Source of the DNA: an uncultured archaeon
GTDB taxonomy: Archaea; Halobacteriota; Archaeoglobi; Archaeoglobales; Archaeoglobaceae
Assembly: GCA_964463865.1 (NCBI GenBank)
Contig: CAYXDX010000004.1
Location: 10,580-42,579, forward strand
Length of the DNA: 32,000 nucleotides
Direction: 5' to 3'
This document shows, one piece after another, positions 1 through 8,599 of this stretch. Numbering within the stretch: the stretch's first letter is position 1; every line of letters begins with the position of its first letter. The notes under the pieces are model-generated. The model had not been told where the DNA came from and ran no database searches. It saw nothing but the letters and a program-made list of their open reading frames with translations. A program made the translations under genes and the position numbers.

Positions 1-1026
1 AACCCGAGAAGAGACGTTGACTGCTTCGTAACGTGCGCAGAAGACTTCTGGGAAGGCTTTGCCATTTTCGACGAGTTCGTTCCGGACCAGCTTGGTGCGG
101 TGCTCAAGCCGACATTCACAGTCACGGCGGACTTTTTGCACGGAATAGCGAACGCGTACATGATAATAAAGAGCGGTCTGGCGGAAATTGCGGTGGTCGA
201 GGCACACAGTAAAGCGAGCGACATCGTGACGTTCGGAGAGGTGGTAAAGTTCGCTTTCGATCCGATCTGGCTGAGGCCGATAGGTAGAGGGCATCCGTTC
301 TACTTCGCCGCACTCGAGAAGTCTTACTACATGAATAAAAGAGGATACTCCGAAGAGCTCTTCGCGGAGATCGTTGTGAAGAACAAGAAGAACGGAAGGC
401 TCAACAAGGACGCTCCCTACTCTGCCGACGTAAGCGTAGACGACGTTCTGAGCAGCGAGCCGGCTTATTATCCTTTGAGAAAGCTCGAAATTGCGGAGAG
501 AAGCGACGGAGCGATTGTATTTGTCCTCGCGAATGAGGACATTGCTAAAGAACTAAAGGACGAACCGATTTGGGTTTCCGGCGTTGGTTGGTGCAGTGAG
601 ACGAGCAACTACGACACGATGAGCTTCGAAGCGGAATACGCGAGGAAAGCTGCCGAAATGGCTTACGGGATGGCCGGGATAGAAAACCCGAGGAGAGAGA
701 TAGGTTTGGCCGAAGTCGACGACAGGTTCTCTTACAAGGAAGCGCAGCACATCGAAGCTCTCGGATTAGCGAAGAAGGGAGACGTAGAAGAGCTCGTGAA
801 GAGCGGATACTTCGACAGAAAGGGCGAGATTCCGGTAAACGTCTCCGGAGGTAGCCTGAGCGTGGGCAACCTCCTCGAAGCTACTGGCGGTCAGAAAGCC
901 CTCGAAGTCGTTCTGCAGTTGAGGGGAGAAGCTGGAAGGAGGCAGGTAGACGCTGAAGTCGGCGTGGCAATGTCTTGGAGATACGTTCCGACGGCGAGCG
1001 GTGCCGTGGTTGTGTTCTCGAGGTGA
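1..1026 (+). CDS. Thiolase-fold protein (SCP2/archaeal-thiolase-like), 5' end cut by the window edge; canonical catalytic motifs degenerate
   Basis: Frame 1 is open from nt 1, with no stop before the listed ORF at 100, so the gene begins upstream of the window. Thiolase framework motifs are present: RSDGAIVFVL, DEPIWVSGVGW, VNVSGGSL, QLRGEAGRRQV. The HDCF-type motif reads DDRF and the GHP motif reads GNL. No Cys sits at the aligned nucleophile position (TVTADFLHG). Confidence 0.8.
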   Translation, partial: NPRRDVDCFVTCAEDFWEGFAIFDEFVPDQLGAVLKPTFTVTADFLHGIANAYMIIKSGLAEIAVVEAHSKASDIVTFGEVVKFAFDPIWLRPIGRGHPFYFAALEKSYYMNKRGYSEELFAEIVVKNKKNGRLNKDAPYSADVSVDDVLSSEPAYYPLRKLEIAERSDGAIVFVLANEDIAKELKDEPIWVSGVGWCSETSNYDTMSFEAEYARKAAEMAYGMAGIENPRREIGLAEVDDRFSYKEAQHIEALGLAKKGDVEELVKSGYFDRKGEIPVNVSGGSLSVGNLLEATGGQKALEVVLQLRGEAGRRQVDAEVGVAMSWRYVPTASGAVVVFSR

Positions 1027-2231
1027 TGGTCATGTTCGAGAGGGTTAAGGGTTTGAAGTTCCACAAGAAGCAGGACGTCGCAATTGTAGGAGCTGGAATG
1101 ACGATTTTCAGAAGGAGACTGAACGAGACTGGAAAGGAGCTGAGCTACTACGCTGTAAAGCAGGCCTTAGAAGAGGCGGGCTTGGACATTTCCGACATCG
1201 ACATGGTAGTGATGGGCTCTGCCCCTGACGCTTTCGACGGAATCCACATGAAGGGCGAATACCTGCTCGACGGGGCTGGAGCAAGCGGAAGACCATACAT
1301 GAGGGTATACGTAGGTGGAGGAACTGGCGTATTCGCACCCATCGCCGGATACTGGCACGTTGCGAGCGGTCTTGCTGACGTCTGCCTCGTCGTCTGCGAG
1401 GAGAAAATGAGCTCTTCGTATCCGCACCCTCAGTCGGCGTTCAAATACATCTGGGACCCGATTCTGGACAGACCGCTCAAGCCGAACCTCATATGGATCT
1501 TCGCCCTCGAGATGAGGAGATACATGCACGTGAACAACATAAAGCACGAGGACATAGCGCTCGTCTCGGTTAAGAACAAGGCCAACGCCCTCGACCATCC
1601 GGCAGCACAGCTCGCTGCGAAGATAACCGTGGAGGACGTGCTGAACAGCGAACCGATGGCTTTGCCCGTCAGAAGGCTCGACGTCTCGCCACCGAGCGAC
1701 GGAGCTTCGGCTTTGATAATGGTTGCCCCGCACATCGCGAGACAGCTTACCGACGAACCGGTCTGGGTCTCTGGGGTTGGCTGGGCTCTTGACACGACGT
1801 ACTGGACAAACAGAGATCTCTACTTCCCGAGATATGTAGCTGAGGCAGCCAAGATGGCATACAGAATGGCTCACATAACTGACCCGAGGAAGGAGATCGA
1901 CGTCGCTGAGCCATACGACCCGTTCGACTACAAGGAGCTGCACCACATGGAGGGTCTGGGGCTTGCGAAGAAGGGTGAGGCTCCGATCTTGACGAGAGAG
2001 GGTGTAACTGCGAGAGACGGCGACCTGCCGGTTTGCCCGAGCGGAGGTCTGCTCGGAGTAGGGAACCCGATAGCTGCGACGATGGGCGTGAAGGTTGCGG
2101 AAATTTACTGGCAGCTCTCCTACAGAGCTGGAAAGAGGCAGGTCGCCAAAGAGGTCACGACCGGCGTCGCTCAGGCTTGGGGAGACTTGATGCAGGTTGG
2201 AACCGTTATGGTTCTTTCGAATAAGAGGTGA
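1026..2231 (+). CDS. Thiolase-fold protein, paralog of the upstream gene; canonical catalytic motifs degenerate
   Basis: The ATG at 1026 overlaps the upstream TGA by 1 nt (GTGATGG); the listed ORF start at 975 lies inside the upstream gene. Framework motifs: VSPPSDGASALIMV, DEPVWVSGVGW, CPSGGLLG, AGKRQV. The nucleophile position reads RVYVGGGTGV (Gly codon 1317-1319), HDCF reads YDPF, and GHP reads GNP. Confidence 0.85.
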   Translation: MVMFERVKGLKFHKKQDVAIVGAGMTIFRRRLNETGKELSYYAVKQALEEAGLDISDIDMVVMGSAPDAFDGIHMKGEYLLDGAGASGRPYMRVYVGGGTGVFAPIAGYWHVASGLADVCLVVCEEKMSSSYPHPQSAFKYIWDPILDRPLKPNLIWIFALEMRRYMHVNNIKHEDIALVSVKNKANALDHPAAQLAAKITVEDVLNSEPMALPVRRLDVSPPSDGASALIMVAPHIARQLTDEPVWVSGVGWALDTTYWTNRDLYFPRYVAEAAKMAYRMAHITDPRKEIDVAEPYDPFDYKELHHMEGLGLAKKGEAPILTREGVTARDGDLPVCPSGGLLGVGNPIAATMGVKVAEIYWQLSYRAGKRQVAKEVTTGVAQAWGDLMQVGTVMVLSNKR

Positions 2232-2767
2232 TGGAGTTGGCGGTCGGTAAGAAGGAAATTAGCTGTCCTCCTTACGTTAAGGGGAGAGAGCTTGAGGCCG
2301 AGGACTTAAAGAAGGGTAGAGTAACCTTCGTCGAGGACCACCCGGACATAAGATACTCGTTTACGGCCGGGCAGGCGATAAGCAGGTTCCTGAACGGATT
2401 GAAGGAAGGCAAGATTCTCGGAACGAAGTGCAACAAGTGTGGCAGAGTGATGGTTCCCCCGAGAACGTTCTGCGAGCTGTGTTTCAAACCCGTTAACGAG
2501 TGGGTCGAGTTGAAGGACACCGGGACGGTGGAAACGTTCTCGATCTCCTACATCGATCCAGACGCCAGACCCCTTGAAGAGCCGGAAATCGTGGCGGTCA
2601 TATCCATCGACGGAGCGTCGCCGCACATGGGAATACTCCACAAACTCGGCGAGGTGAAACCGGAGGACGTCTACATAGGAATGAAGGTGAAGGCCGTCTG
2701 GAAGCCTAAAGAGGAAAGAGAGGGTGCCGTAACGGACATTCTCTACTGGAAGCCTTTAGAGGGGTGA
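2231..2767 (+). CDS. DUF35-family protein (Zn-ribbon plus OB-fold, acyl-CoA-associated)
   Basis: The ATG at 2231 overlaps the upstream TGA by 1 nt; a GTG at 2228 is an alternative start. A four-Cys ribbon CNKCG-x10-CELC is followed by an OB-like C-terminal half, in the typical position next to thiolase-fold genes. Confidence 0.85.
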   Translation: MELAVGKKEISCPPYVKGRELEAEDLKKGRVTFVEDHPDIRYSFTAGQAISRFLNGLKEGKILGTKCNKCGRVMVPPRTFCELCFKPVNEWVELKDTGTVETFSISYIDPDARPLEEPEIVAVISIDGASPHMGILHKLGEVKPEDVYIGMKVKAVWKPKEEREGAVTDILYWKPLEG

Positions 2768-2772
2768 TTTGA

Positions 2773-3243
2773 ATGGTCTTTACCGAAAAGATTATCGACC
2801 CGAGAGAGTTGAGGCACGTGGAGGGGAAGATAGAGCTGTATTGGATTTACACGAGCGGAGAGGCGGGAGACCAGTTTTTCAAGAAGCTTAAGGACGAGGG
2901 TAAGTTCTTGGCCACCAAATGTAAGAAGTGCGGTCACGTGTTCTTCCCACCGCGAATATACTGCGAGTTCGACTTCAGCGAAACTGAAACCGTGGAGATA
3001 AGCGGAGAGGGATGCGTAGAGGCTTATTCGGTAGTTTACTACGACAAAGACGGTAAAAAACTCGAAAAGCCGGAAATTTACGCCATGATTCAGCTCGACG
3101 GAACCAACGGGAGAATAATTCACTTGCTCGGAGAAGTGGAGCCCGAAGACGTCTGCGTTGGAATGAGAGTGAAACCGGTTCTGAAGCCTAAAGAGGAGAG
3201 GGAAGGCAGGATAACCGACATACTCTACTACAAACCCTCTTAA
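2773..3243 (+). CDS. DUF35-family protein, paralog of the upstream gene
   Basis: The ribbon CKKCG-x10-CEFD carries only three Cys. The C-terminus KPKEEREGRITDILYYKP nearly matches KPKEEREGAVTDILYWKP of the upstream gene. It lies 5 nt after the upstream stop, preceded by GAGGGGTGA. Confidence 0.85.
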   Translation: MVFTEKIIDPRELRHVEGKIELYWIYTSGEAGDQFFKKLKDEGKFLATKCKKCGHVFFPPRIYCEFDFSETETVEISGEGCVEAYSVVYYDKDGKKLEKPEIYAMIQLDGTNGRIIHLLGEVEPEDVCVGMRVKPVLKPKEEREGRITDILYYKPS

Positions 3244-3268
3244 AATCTTTTTTTGGGGTGATCGGATT

Positions 3269-4456
3269 ATGGACTTCAAGCTTACGGAAGACCAAAAGAT
3301 GATAGCCCAAACTGCCAGGGACATCGCCAAGGACTTTCCTCCAGAGTATTGGAGGGAAAAAGACGAAAAAGGTGAGTTCGCAGAGGAGTTCTTCAAAGCC
3401 ATAGCTGACGCGGGATTCTTCGGAATCATCATCCCGGAAGAATACGGAGGTTCGGGCTACGGGATGACCGAACTTTTGATAGCGATGGAGGAGTTGGCAG
3501 CTAACGGCTGTGGAATGGGTGGCGTGTGGTATCTTGTTTTAACGGAAGTTTTCGGAGCGCTGACGATAGTCAGACACGGAACGGAAGAGCAGAAGGAGAA
3601 ATACTTACCCAAGATCGCGGAGGGAAAGTTGGAGTTCTGCATGGCTTTAACCGAGCCTGACGCCGGAACGAACACCCTGAACATCAGAACGAGAGCCGAG
3701 AAAGACGGAGACGAGTGGGTGATAAACGGCAACAAGATATTCATAAGCGGAGCCGACAGGGCTAAGGGGATGCTCATAATAGCGAGGACGACTCCGAGAG
3801 AGAAAGCTCCGAAAAAGACTTACGGAATAAGCCTGTTCTTAGCTGATTTACCCAATCCGGCCATAAAAATTAACCCGATACCCAAGCACGGGATAAACTA
3901 CTCCAAAACGTGTGAGGTCAGCTTCAACAACTTGAGACTTCCCGAAAGCGCTTTGATTCCTCCTCAGGACGAGGGCTGGTATCTGATCCTCGACACGCTC
4001 AATCCGGAGAGGATGAGCTTCGCCGCAGCAGCTATCGGGATAGCGAGGCTCGCCGTAAGTAAGGCCGTGGAATACTCCAAGCAGAGGAAAGTCTTCAACG
4101 ACGAGCCGATAGGGAGTTACCAGGGTTTGCAATTTCCTCTCGCTGAGGCCTACGCAACTCTCGAGTGCGCGAAGCTGATGAACCTGAAAGCAGCTTGGTT
4201 GTTCGACAACAACGCGTCCTACAGAGAGGTCGGTGCTGCTGCGAACATGGCGAAAGTCGTTGCCGTCGAGGCGGGAATAAAGGCCGTTTACTGGGCGATG
4301 CAGTGCTTCGGTGGATACGGCTACACGAAGGAATACGACGTCGAGAGGTGGTGGAGGGAGATTAACCTCATAAGGCTCGCTCCGGTAACGCAGCAAATGG
4401 CTCTTGCATATATAGGCGAGCATGTCCTCGGAATGCCGAAGAGCTACAGATCCTAA
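3269..4456 (+). CDS. Acyl-CoA dehydrogenase (FAD-dependent)
   Basis: Full-length ACAD architecture. Motifs: ALTEPDAGTN, WVINGNKIFISGA, FGGYGYTKEYDVERWWRE. The canonical C-terminal catalytic Glu position aligns to Pro, and a Glu is present in LNPER on the preceding helix. Confidence 0.9.
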   Translation: MDFKLTEDQKMIAQTARDIAKDFPPEYWREKDEKGEFAEEFFKAIADAGFFGIIIPEEYGGSGYGMTELLIAMEELAANGCGMGGVWYLVLTEVFGALTIVRHGTEEQKEKYLPKIAEGKLEFCMALTEPDAGTNTLNIRTRAEKDGDEWVINGNKIFISGADRAKGMLIIARTTPREKAPKKTYGISLFLADLPNPAIKINPIPKHGINYSKTCEVSFNNLRLPESALIPPQDEGWYLILDTLNPERMSFAAAAIGIARLAVSKAVEYSKQRKVFNDEPIGSYQGLQFPLAEAYATLECAKLMNLKAAWLFDNNASYREVGAAANMAKVVAVEAGIKAVYWAMQCFGGYGYTKEYDVERWWREINLIRLAPVTQQMALAYIGEHVLGMPKSYRS

Positions 4457-4489
4457 TCATTTATTAACTCTTCTTTCGGTTGGAATTTT

Positions 4490-5761
4490 ATGTTCGACAT
4501 AGCGATCAACGACGCCCTGTGCTTCGTTCGAGGCTCGTTCACAAGAGCGAGCATAGGCATTGAGGGGGGCAAGATAGCGCACGTCGGAAAGGAGAAAGTG
4601 AAAGGCAGCATAGAGTTCGACGGGAGCGACCTCCTTTGCCTCCCGGCATTTTTTAACGCGCACACACATGCAGCGATGATACTTCTCAGAGGTTACGCCG
4701 AAGACATGCAGCTGAAGGACTGGCTCGAAAAGAAGGTGTGGAGAGCCGAAAGAAAGCTCACGGAGGCGGATGTTTACTGGGGGACTAAGTTGGCTATCGT
4801 GGAGATGTTCAGGCACGGAATAGCTGCATTCTCGGACTTGTATATCCACATGGACAAAGTGGCTGAAGCGTCGATTGAGCTCGGAGCGAGAGCTGTTCTG
4901 TGTTACGGGATGGCTGACAGAGGTAGCGAGGAGAGGGCGAGGAAGGAACTCGAAATTGGAGAAAAGTTTGTTCTCGAGTGGAACGGAGCTGAAGGGTTGA
5001 TAAAGGCAGTTTTCGGTCCGCACGCTCCGTATACGTGCACTCCCGGATTTTTGAGAACTATAAGGGAGAAGGCCAGCGAGCTCGGAGTCGGCATACACAT
5101 TCACGTCGCCGAAACCGAGTGGGAGAGAGAGGAGATAAAGAAAAGGTACGGGAAGACTCCGGTAAAGCTGCTCGATGAAATTGGTTTTCTCAAAGACGAC
5201 GTTGTCATTGCTCACGGAGTCTGGATCGACGACGAGGAAATTTCCATTTTGAGGAGAAGAGGTGTGAGCGTTGTCCACTGTCCGACGAGCAATTTGAAGC
5301 TCGTATCTGGAATGGCGAGGGTGAGGGAGCTGGTAGAGGCTGGAGTAAACGTGGCTCTGGGCACGGACGGGGCTGCGAGTAACAACAGCTACAACATGTT
5401 TTTCGAAATGAAGCTGACGTCTTTGGTTCAGAAAATAAAATACGGAAGAGCAGACGCTCTGAAGTCCGTCGAAATTCTTCGCATGGCGACCGAGAATGGA
5501 TACAAAGCATACGGGATTAGGGGCGGGGCGATAGAGGAAGGTTACCTCGCGGACCTCGTGTTGATTAACTACAGGGCTGTGAGCATGCTTCCACACTACT
5601 CGCCAGAAAACGCGCTCGTTTACTCCGCTAACGGGAGCGAAGTTGAGCATTTGATCGTGAACGGAACACTCGTGATGGAGGATAGGGAGATACTCACCGA
5701 CGACGAGGAAAAAATAAAGAGGAAGGTCGAAAAGCTCGCCAAGAAGTTCGCGAATGATTAA
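4490..5761 (+). CDS. mtaD: Amidohydrolase-superfamily deaminase, 5-methylthioadenosine/S-adenosylhomocysteine (5'-deoxyadenosine) deaminase-like
   Basis: HTHAAM metal-binding motif near the N-terminus, plus HIHVAET, HGVW and GTDGAASNN motifs typical of the MtaD/DadD/chlorohydrolase group. Exact substrate is not determinable from sequence. Confidence 0.7.
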   Translation: MFDIAINDALCFVRGSFTRASIGIEGGKIAHVGKEKVKGSIEFDGSDLLCLPAFFNAHTHAAMILLRGYAEDMQLKDWLEKKVWRAERKLTEADVYWGTKLAIVEMFRHGIAAFSDLYIHMDKVAEASIELGARAVLCYGMADRGSEERARKELEIGEKFVLEWNGAEGLIKAVFGPHAPYTCTPGFLRTIREKASELGVGIHIHVAETEWEREEIKKRYGKTPVKLLDEIGFLKDDVVIAHGVWIDDEEISILRRRGVSVVHCPTSNLKLVSGMARVRELVEAGVNVALGTDGAASNNSYNMFFEMKLTSLVQKIKYGRADALKSVEILRMATENGYKAYGIRGGAIEEGYLADLVLINYRAVSMLPHYSPENALVYSANGSEVEHLIVNGTLVMEDREILTDDEEKIKRKVEKLAKKFAND

Positions 5762-5771
5762 TTTTTTATTC
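5760..5771 (+). promoter_or_regulatory. TATA-like box (AATTTTTTATTC) about 26 nt upstream of the leuS ATG; the same T-tract could also terminate the upstream transcript
   Basis: This is the only AT-rich element in the 30-nt gap. Its spacing to the ATG fits an archaeal leaderless mRNA. No SD-like sequence precedes the leuS ATG. Confidence 0.3.
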
Positions 5772-5791
5772 AATCTCTCGACTTTACCTCT

Positions 5792-8599
5792 ATGAATTTT
5801 AGAGAGATCGAAGAGAAGTGGCAGAAGAAGTGGGAAGAAGCGGGGATATTTCAGGCGGATCCGGATGATAGGGAGAAGTTCTTCATCACGATACCATATC
5901 CGTATCTGAACGGTAACCTTCACGCTGGACACACGAGAACTTTTACGATAGGAGATGCCGTTGCGAGATATAAGCGGATGCTCGGTTATAACGTTCTTTT
6001 CCCCATGGGATTTCACGTGACCGGAACTCCGATAATCGGGCTCGCGGAGTTAATACAGAAGAGGGACGAGAGGACGATAGAAGTCTACACGAAGTTCCAC
6101 GACGTTCCGAAAGACGTGCTCCTGACGTTGACAACCCCCGAAAGAATAGTCGAATACTTCTCGAAGGAAGCTGAGAAGTCCATGAAAATGATCGGCTATT
6201 CCATAGACTGGAGGAGGAAGTTCACGACGATGGACGAAGCTTATCAGAAGTTCATAGAGTGGCAATACTGGAGGCTGAAGGAGAAAGGTTTGGTCGTGAG
6301 AGGTTCTCACCCGGTCAGATACTGTCCGAACGACGAGAACCCCGTCGAGGATCACGACCTCCTCATGGGTGAAGAGGCGACGATAGTTGAATACACCATC
6401 ATAAAGTTCAAACACGGCGATTTGATTTTCCCGTGCGCAACTTTAAGGCCGGAGACAGTATTTGGCGTTACGAACATCTGGCTCAAACCCACGAAATACG
6501 TGGTAGCTGAGGTTGATGGAGAGAAGTGGGTCGTTAGCGAGGAAGCTTTCGAGAAGCTGAAGTATTTCGAAAAGAGCGTAGAGAAGATTGACGAGGTCGA
6601 CGCGGCTGAATTTTTCGGAAAATTTGTTGAGAATCCCGTTACAGGTGAGAGAGTTCCTATACTCCCTGCGGAATTCGTCGATACCGACAACGCGACCGGC
6701 GTGGTCATGAGCGTTCCGGCTCACGCCCCTTACGACTACGTTGCGTTGAGAGATCTCGAGAAGAACTCGGAGGTCCTCGAGAAGTTCGGGATTGAGAGGG
6801 AACTCGTAAGCGAGATCGTGAAGAGAATTCCGGAGAAGGTTCTGATCAGAATCGAGGGAGAAGATTACGAAGTTCCCGCAAGAGATATCGTGGAGGAGCT
6901 TAAAGTAAGAGACCAGAAGGACGAAAACCTTGAAAAGGCTACTAAGATCGTATACAAGAAGGAGTTCCACAAGGGAGTGATGCTCGACAACACGTTCTAC
7001 CCCGGCGTTAAGGTTGCGGAGGCTAAAGAGAAAATACACGACTACCTCCTGAACGAAGGCATCGGTGACGTGTTCTACGAGTTCAGCGAGAAGCCCGTGG
7101 TTTGCAGGTGCGGAACCAAGTGCGTCGTGAAAGTAGTTAGAGATCAGTGGTTCATAAACTACTCGAATCCGGATTGGAAGAGGAGAGTGCTGGATCACAT
7201 AGAGAGGATGAACATCATTCCGGAATACTACAGGAAGGAATTCAGAAACAAAGTGGAGTGGCTTAAAGACAAGGCTTGCGCGAGGAGGAAAGGTCTCGGA
7301 ACGAGAATTCCTTGGGACAAGGAGTGGCTGATCGAAAGCCTTTCCGACTCCACTATCTACATGGCATACTACATAATCGCCAAATACGTCAACGGAGGGA
7401 AGCTCAAGCCGGAAAACCTCGTTCCGGAATTCTTCGACTACGTCTTCCTTGGCGAAGGAGAGTTAAAGGACGTTGCTGCGAAAAGTGGGCTGAGCGAAGA
7501 CGTCATTGAGGAAGTTAGAAAGGAGTTCGAGTATTGGTATCCGGTCGACCTGAGGAGCTCTGGAAAAGACCTCGTAGCTAACCACCTGCTCTTCTTCGTG
7601 TTCCACCACGTTGCACTCTTTCCGGAGAAATACTGGCCGAGAGGGATAGCCGTAAACGGATACGTCAGCCTGGAAGGAAAGAAGATGAGCAAGAGCAAAG
7701 GACCACTCCTAACGATGAAAAGAGCGGTGGAGGAATTTGGAGCTGACGTAACGAGGCTTTACATACTCCACGCAGCGGAATACGACAGCGACGCGGATTG
7801 GAGGAGGAAGGACGTAGAAGGACTGGCGAACAACTTGAGGAGGTTCTACGAAATCGTAAAGGAGCACTACCTGAGAGAGCCAGAAGAGATAACGACGCTC
7901 GACAGGTGGCTCATCAGCAGGTTGCAGAGAGCGATAAAGGAGACGAGAGACGCGATGGAGAAACTCCAGACGAGGAGAGCCGTAAACTCTGCGTTCTTCG
8001 AAATGATGAACGACGTCAGGTGGTATCTGAGGAGGGGTGGCAGAAACCTCGTTCTTATACTCGACGACTGGTTGAAACTGCTCACGCCGTTCGCTCCGCA
8101 CATTTGCGAGGAACTGTGGAGCATGAAGCACGATTCGTTCATAAGCCTTGAAAAGTATCCGGAATATGACGAGTCTAAGGTCGATGAGAAAGCCGAAATG
8201 TCCGAAAACTACGTGAAGGTCTTGCTCGAAGACATTCTCGAAATAATGAAGTTCGTTGAGTCTCCGAAGAGCGTTTACATCTTCGTCGCTGAAGACTGGA
8301 AGAGAGAGGTAGCGAGAATCGCCAAAGAAGCGGGGAACATGAAGGAAGCCATGAAGATCATAATGAACGACGAGAGGTTCAGGGAGCTGAAGAGAGAGGT
8401 CTCGTCGTTCGTGAAGAGGTTGTTCAGAGAAGGCTTCGACTTCTACGAGCTCGACGAAGCGAAAATAATAGAGGAGGCGAAGGGCTTCCTGGAGAGAGAA
8501 CTCAAGTTGAAAGTTGTCCTCGACAGGGACGGAAGTTTCGTTCCGGAAGAGAAAAGAAGAGCTGCGATGCCTGGAAAACCGGCCATATACGTGGTATGA
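5792..8599 (+). CDS. leuS: Leucyl-tRNA synthetase, archaeal type
   Basis: 935 aa. Class I HIGH-type motif (NGNLHAGHTRT), KMSKS motif (GKKMSKSKG), a large editing insertion, and the typical N-terminus REIEEKWQKKW. Confidence 0.97.
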   Translation: MNFREIEEKWQKKWEEAGIFQADPDDREKFFITIPYPYLNGNLHAGHTRTFTIGDAVARYKRMLGYNVLFPMGFHVTGTPIIGLAELIQKRDERTIEVYTKFHDVPKDVLLTLTTPERIVEYFSKEAEKSMKMIGYSIDWRRKFTTMDEAYQKFIEWQYWRLKEKGLVVRGSHPVRYCPNDENPVEDHDLLMGEEATIVEYTIIKFKHGDLIFPCATLRPETVFGVTNIWLKPTKYVVAEVDGEKWVVSEEAFEKLKYFEKSVEKIDEVDAAEFFGKFVENPVTGERVPILPAEFVDTDNATGVVMSVPAHAPYDYVALRDLEKNSEVLEKFGIERELVSEIVKRIPEKVLIRIEGEDYEVPARDIVEELKVRDQKDENLEKATKIVYKKEFHKGVMLDNTFYPGVKVAEAKEKIHDYLLNEGIGDVFYEFSEKPVVCRCGTKCVVKVVRDQWFINYSNPDWKRRVLDHIERMNIIPEYYRKEFRNKVEWLKDKACARRKGLGTRIPWDKEWLIESLSDSTIYMAYYIIAKYVNGGKLKPENLVPEFFDYVFLGEGELKDVAAKSGLSEDVIEEVRKEFEYWYPVDLRSSGKDLVANHLLFFVFHHVALFPEKYWPRGIAVNGYVSLEGKKMSKSKGPLLTMKRAVEEFGADVTRLYILHAAEYDSDADWRRKDVEGLANNLRRFYEIVKEHYLREPEEITTLDRWLISRLQRAIKETRDAMEKLQTRRAVNSAFFEMMNDVRWYLRRGGRNLVLILDDWLKLLTPFAPHICEELWSMKHDSFISLEKYPEYDESKVDEKAEMSENYVKVLLEDILEIMKFVESPKSVYIFVAEDWKREVARIAKEAGNMKEAMKIIMNDERFRELKREVSSFVKRLFREGFDFYELDEAKIIEEAKGFLERELKLKVVLDRDGSFVPEEKRRAAMPGKPAIYVV

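Noticed and set aside
975-1025. Upstream in-frame extension of the second thiolase-fold gene (listed start 975)
   Set aside because: It is entirely inside the 3' end of the upstream gene. The ATG at 1026 gives a 1-nt stop/start overlap and a typical thiolase N-terminus.
1167-1946. 259-aa minus-strand ORF antisense to the second thiolase-fold gene, plus similar antisense ORFs at 2743-3432, 3848-4423, 6443-7198, 10403-11050 and 21422-22042
   Set aside because: All lie opposite genes with clear family motifs. Their translations show no domain signatures, so they are treated as non-coding shadows.
4457-6016. 519-aa ORF on the minus strand, the longest antisense ORF over mtaD and the leuS 5' end
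   Set aside because: It is a shadow ORF opposite genes with unambiguous amidohydrolase and LeuRS motifs. Its translation is Arg/Ser/Leu/Pro/Val-rich with no recognisable motif, and it has no plausible start context.
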